Shown here: positions 59,867-64,000 of the stretch, piece after piece
Layout: each line of letters starts with the position of its first letter
Numbering within the stretch: the first letter of the stretch is position 1
Virus record (IMG/VR): IMGVR_UViG_3300023502_000001
Coordinates: 35,960 to 99,959 of that record
Source of the DNA: a virus
Strand: one strand, 5' to 3'
Length of the DNA stretch: 64,000 nucleotides
Made by a program: the position numbers and the translations under genes
The notes under the pieces: model-generated
What the model was told of the DNA's origin: nothing
The model's input: the letters and a program-made list of their open reading frames with translations, nothing else
Database searches by the model: none

Positions 59867-61734
59867 TGGCATTTAAATATACAGGTGATGCTACCCTAGG
59901 TGTTGGTTTAACCGTAGAAACTCCGAAGCCTCTGGATAATAGAACAGTAGTTGATAACCTAGAGGAGCTATATTCTATTCCAGAGAAATATGCTTATCAG
60001 GGCATGACCGTATCTAATATAGATAACGGAAATATTTATATGCTTATTGATAAGTCCAAGATTAAATATAAAGAAGGATGGAAAGCATCTTATGAGTCTA
60101 TCCAGATAATAGCTTGTACAGAAGCTGAATATAAAGAATGGTCTGCTAATACTACAGAAAACTTTAAACCAATAGATGAGAGTAAAACATATCTTCATGC
60201 TGAAACATATTATTATATATATGAGGACAGCCTAGATGATAATTAGTTTTATCTATCAGCAGAATGGGGTAAGAAAATAGAAGAGTAGTTAAAGTAGAAA
60301 GCTCTTAATACTACAGTTGTATAGATTAGAAATGATCTAGACCAGACTATTTAGAATCTTTCTAAGTATGCAACATTAGAAGAATTAACTGCCAACTATG
60401 CTCCTAAGACAGACCTAGATTTGGAAGATCCAGAATCCCTTTTATCTAAAGCTTTATCTAATCACTATACTAAGTAGGAAACAGATGATATATTTGTTAC
60501 TAAGGAAAGTCTTAGAGGAGAAGGAATGGAAGGAGATGATTTCGTCTTTGTTACTAAAAAACAATATGACGAAGACTAGTAGGCTATCCAGAGTGAATTA
60601 GATAAGACTTTAAAAGTAGATGGGGATGGTTCTCTAGAAAGTATTACTGTAGGATAGATAAAATCTCCAGTAATTGAAGGAGAGGATTAGTTAGTAGTAG
60701 ATGTTAAATCAGACGGATTGTTTGTTGGAGAAGATCAATTTGCTATGATGTCTGATGTTCCAAATTTAGTTACATTAACTGAAGAGGAATATTTAAAACT
60801 GGTAGAAGATGGTACTCTAGAACCTGACACATACTATTATGTGTATGACGTGACAAATGACGCTAAAGTCTATATTACTAAAGAGTATCTAGATTAGAAT
60901 TACCATACTACTCATTAGTATTAGTCATGGGTAGCTACCAACTACTACTCAAAATCTCAGATTGATGAGATCGTTGCTGGTTTACAGAAACTTGGGAGCT
61001 ACGTCACTACAGAAGATATTAAAGCATATTACACTAGTCAATAGGTAGATGAAAAGTTTCTTACAAAAGAGAATGCTCAATCTACATACGCTACCTAGCA
61101 GTCGTTAACTGAGCTGTCTGGATAGATAGCAGAAGAGTATGTAACAAAGGATAGTTTGAGAGGAGATTCTCCCGAGACTGGTGATGATGACTTTATATTT
61201 GTTACTTAGAATAAATATCAATAGGATTAGACTGCTGCTTCCCAAGAATTTAATACTAAGCTATTAAAATCAGAATAGATAGAAACTTCTGACATTACTA
61301 TTTAGAAAATTGTAGAAAAAGAAGTACAATAGGGAACAACTGAAGAAAGTCCAGGAGATATAGTAATAGAGCAAACTATTGAAAGCTCTGTTAATCTTAC
61401 TACTAAAGATAATAGGTTATTAGCATCAGGTAAACAAGTTGCTCTTATTGAAGAAGTTCCAAAATTAGTATGTTTACCTTAGACTGATTATGATAACCTA
61501 GTTGAAAATAATAAGACAGAGAACGATACTTATTACTGTACTTACGGAGAAAAAGATATATAGGATACAGGATATGTTAGAAGCGAATATCTTACTGAAA
61601 AGTACTATACTAAAGCAGAGGTAGAAGCTTTGATACAGGAAGCTGTAAGCGAATTATAGAAAAAGATAGATGCAATATAGCCTGGTTCGGGCAGTGCATC
61701 AGTAGATGAATCAAATGAACAATTAATATTTTAA
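59866..61734 (+). CDS. tail fibre-like protein with two tandem repeats of about 120 aa (TAG-recoded)
   Basis: about 622 codons incl. track ORF 59866..60246; repeated blocks KESLRGEGMEGDDFVFVTKKQYDEDQ... and KDSLRGDSPETGDDDFIFVTQNKYQQDQ... Confidence 0.5.
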
Positions 61735-61739
61735 ACAAG

Positions 61740-61949
61740 ATGGGAACAATTTATATTGACGGACAGTTTAAAAGCTCTGCTAAGCCTGTAAAAGTTGTTG
61801 GTGGCAGTGTAGGAGGGTCTGGAGTAGATCCTGATACTCTCAAGAACTATGCTACTAAAGCAGAACTTCAGAAAGCTGTTGAGGACTTAACTGCTTCCAT
61901 AGAAGGAATAGATCATGATGTAGTTGAAGAAACTTTAATAATATAGTAA
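61740..61949 (+). CDS. small hypothetical protein
   Basis: track ORF 61740..61946 reads through TAG to TAA. Confidence 0.4.
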
Positions 61950-61950
61950 T

Positions 61951-63771
61951 ATGGCAGCTATCAAATCTATAAAGGTAGGAGAAATTACATACGACTTAAA
62001 GGCTACTTATGATGGTTCTGGCAACAATATTGCCGAGACCTATGCTAAATCTAGTGCTATTCCGACTAAAGTATCATAGTTAAGTAATGATAAAAACTAC
62101 CTAACAGAACATTAGGACATTAGTGGTTTAGCAACTAAAGAATAGATAGACGAAAAAGTAGACAAGGAATTAGGAAAAGGTCTTTCTGAAGCTAATTATA
62201 CTGAATTAGAAAAATAGAAGCTTTAGGGTGTAGAAGATGGTGCAAATAATTATGAACACCCAACTACAGCAGGATACAAACATATTCCCTCTGGAGGAGC
62301 AGCAGGATAGATTTTAACTTATTCTAATGATGGTACTGCCCAATGGGCAGATTCTAGCACTAAGTTAGATTAGCAATTCTAGGCACTTAATGAGGCTTGG
62401 GAAGAACTTCAGAAAGCTTAGCAAAATTTAGATAGCTAGGTAACAGCTATGACTAGTAACGCAGATCTTTACTCCTATGGAGTAGAATGGGATATAACTG
62501 TATCTTCTCCGGTTCTCACCAGAATTGGAAACCCGTTACTGCATAAATCACTTCCTATTCAATCTGCTTATAGAGGATGCGTAGCCAATGAAGCTAATAT
62601 AAACTATTTCTTACATCCAGATAATTGGGCTTATAAGGAAGACGGTACTACTCCCTCTGTGCTTGATGGTAGTGAAGGAACTGTTAGGGTTAACACTCCT
62701 AAGTTCTATGGTAAGTCTGGTTCCAATGGAAATAAAAGATGGGTAAGAGAATCAACTGTTAAGATAGACGACTCTTGGGTTGAAATACCGGAATTGTTAA
62801 TTGATGCATATAGAAGCACAGTTGATACTACAGTATCTGCAACTCCAAAGGCTGTATCAGTAGTTAATACTACTACAGCATTTAGAGGAGGTGGAAATAG
62901 AGCATAGTTCGACGAGTACTTGACTACTGAGCTGGAGACTAAAGATATTTTCAGAAGCGACTTAGGAAAACCAAGAACGAATATTTCCAGAGCCACAATG
63001 AGAACTTATGCTACAAACGCAGGTTCTGAATTACTATGTTACGAATATTACAAGTGGATATTCTACTGGAATTATGTAATAGAATATGCTAACTTTAACT
63101 CTTAGGCTACATATGAGGCAGAGCTTACTGCTGATGGCTATCATTAGGGAGGTCTTGGACCCGGAGTTACGGATTGGAGTAATTCTGCCACAAGTTGGTC
63201 TGGATATAACGGAACTTATCCTCTTACTCCATGCGGTCACTGTAACGATATTGGTAACTTCACAGGAGTTAAAGATTTAGTTATCCCAGGATGCACTGCA
63301 ACAGATGGGACTAGTATAGTAGCTACTCATACCTTTAAAGTACCACGTTGGAGAGGCTTTGATAATCCATTTGGAGACATTTGGACAAACCTAGATGGAG
63401 TAGTTATTCAAAGAACTGCAGCGAATGAAATAAGTAGTGTATATACTACCACAGATAAAGCGGAGTTTACTGACGTAATTGGCAACAAGACTATAGCCGG
63501 ATACGAGGTAGCACAAGATGGATACATTAAAGAGTTTGATTTAGGAAAGACAGCGGAGATTATACCATCTTCTTGTACTGGAGCTTCAATTACTACTTAT
63601 ATGTGTGACTACCACTATTGTAACGCTAGCTCTACAGCGCTTCGCACGCTGCTGGTGGGCAGCAGCGCGATTAGTGGCGGCTTTGCGGGTCTCGGCTATT
63701 TCTATTCTAACTTTGGCGTCGGCGCTGCCAATTCCAATGTCGGGTTCAGAACTCTAAATAGAGTATCTTAA
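61951..63771 (+). CDS. tail fibre protein, DGR target (C-terminal variable region; TAG-recoded)
   Basis: about 606 codons incl. track ORF 62449..62907; collar-like motif YEHPTTAGYKHIPSGGAAGQILTYSNDGTAQWA; C-terminal 99 bp form the VR of a DGR. Confidence 0.65.
63649..63747 (+). repeat. DGR variable repeat (VR)
   Basis: 99-bp match to 63852..63950 with 21 mismatches, every one opposite an A in the downstream copy. Confidence 0.75.
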
Positions 63772-63851
63772 GATATAAAAATATAAAAAATCAGTTTAGA
63801 TAATAAACTGTAGGATATTACTTCTAAAAACCGTTGATTGGCAAAAAAGAA

Positions 63852-63950
63852 CTGCTAGTAGGCAGCAACGCGAATAATGGCAGCAATGCAGGTCTCAGCT
63901 ATTTCAATTCTAACAATGACGTCAGCAATGCCAATTCCAATGTCGAGTTA
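63852..63950 (+). repeat. DGR template repeat (TR)
   Basis: non-coding copy downstream of the target gene; adenines at all 21 variable positions; would encode an Asn-rich (AAY) peptide, as is typical of TRs. Confidence 0.75.
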
Positions 63951-64000
63951 TTATATATTTAGAAACAATTTTAATTTTTACCTTATTTAGTTTGCTAAGT

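Noticed and set aside
49800-64000. Apparent absence of long ORFs could indicate non-coding or pseudogenised DNA
   Set aside because: The region is AT-skewed like coding DNA and opens into long continuous frames once TAG is read as sense; the track fragments all fall in phase with those frames. The gap is an artefact of standard-code ORF calling.

Overview
This window looks like part of a large, AT-rich, tRNA-dense phage genome, probably infecting Bacteroidota (Lak-/crAss-like style). It has two transcriptional blocks: a minus-strand block (1-44.7 kb) of early and accessory genes interleaved with about 29 tRNA genes and a tmRNA, and a plus-strand block (45.05-64 kb) holding a morphogenesis module. 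The central observation is that TAG is not a stop codon here. The plus-strand region 49.98-63.77 kb looks ORF-free in the standard-code track, but it is densely coding once TAG is read as a sense codon (code-15-like, TAG to Gln). Read that way it encodes a terminase large subunit, a portal-sized protein, structural proteins and three tail-fibre-like proteins. An amber-suppressor tRNA with anticodon CUA sits at the head of this block and resembles the phage tRNA-Gln(UUG). TAG-containing genes also lie in standard-code ORF gaps on the minus strand: two GIY-YIG homing endonucleases, a 131-aa protein and a basic 117-aa protein. The last tail-fibre gene ends in a 99-bp variable repeat, and a 99-bp template repeat lies 105 bp downstream; all 21 mismatches between them fall on template adenines, the signature of a diversity-generating retroelement. 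Its reverse transcriptase is presumably just beyond the window edge. Other notable content: a PRPP-synthetase-like plus NAMPT-like gene pair matching the NARP1 NAD+-reconstitution anti-defence architecture, with a HAD phosphatase between them; a flotillin-like SPFH protein with an NfeD partner plus a separate SPFH lipoprotein and an OmpA-like protein; RNase H; two HNH endonucleases; two GIY-YIG cassettes flanked by short direct repeats of tRNA 3' ends; an RlmN/Cfr-like radical SAM enzyme; a ParB-like nuclease-domain protein; a PD-(D/E)XK nuclease; a glucosaminidase-type lysin; a tmRNA; and several aberrant tRNA-like genes. Coordinates taken from the ORF track are exact; RNA genes and recoded CDS were placed by hand and may be off by 1-3 nt.
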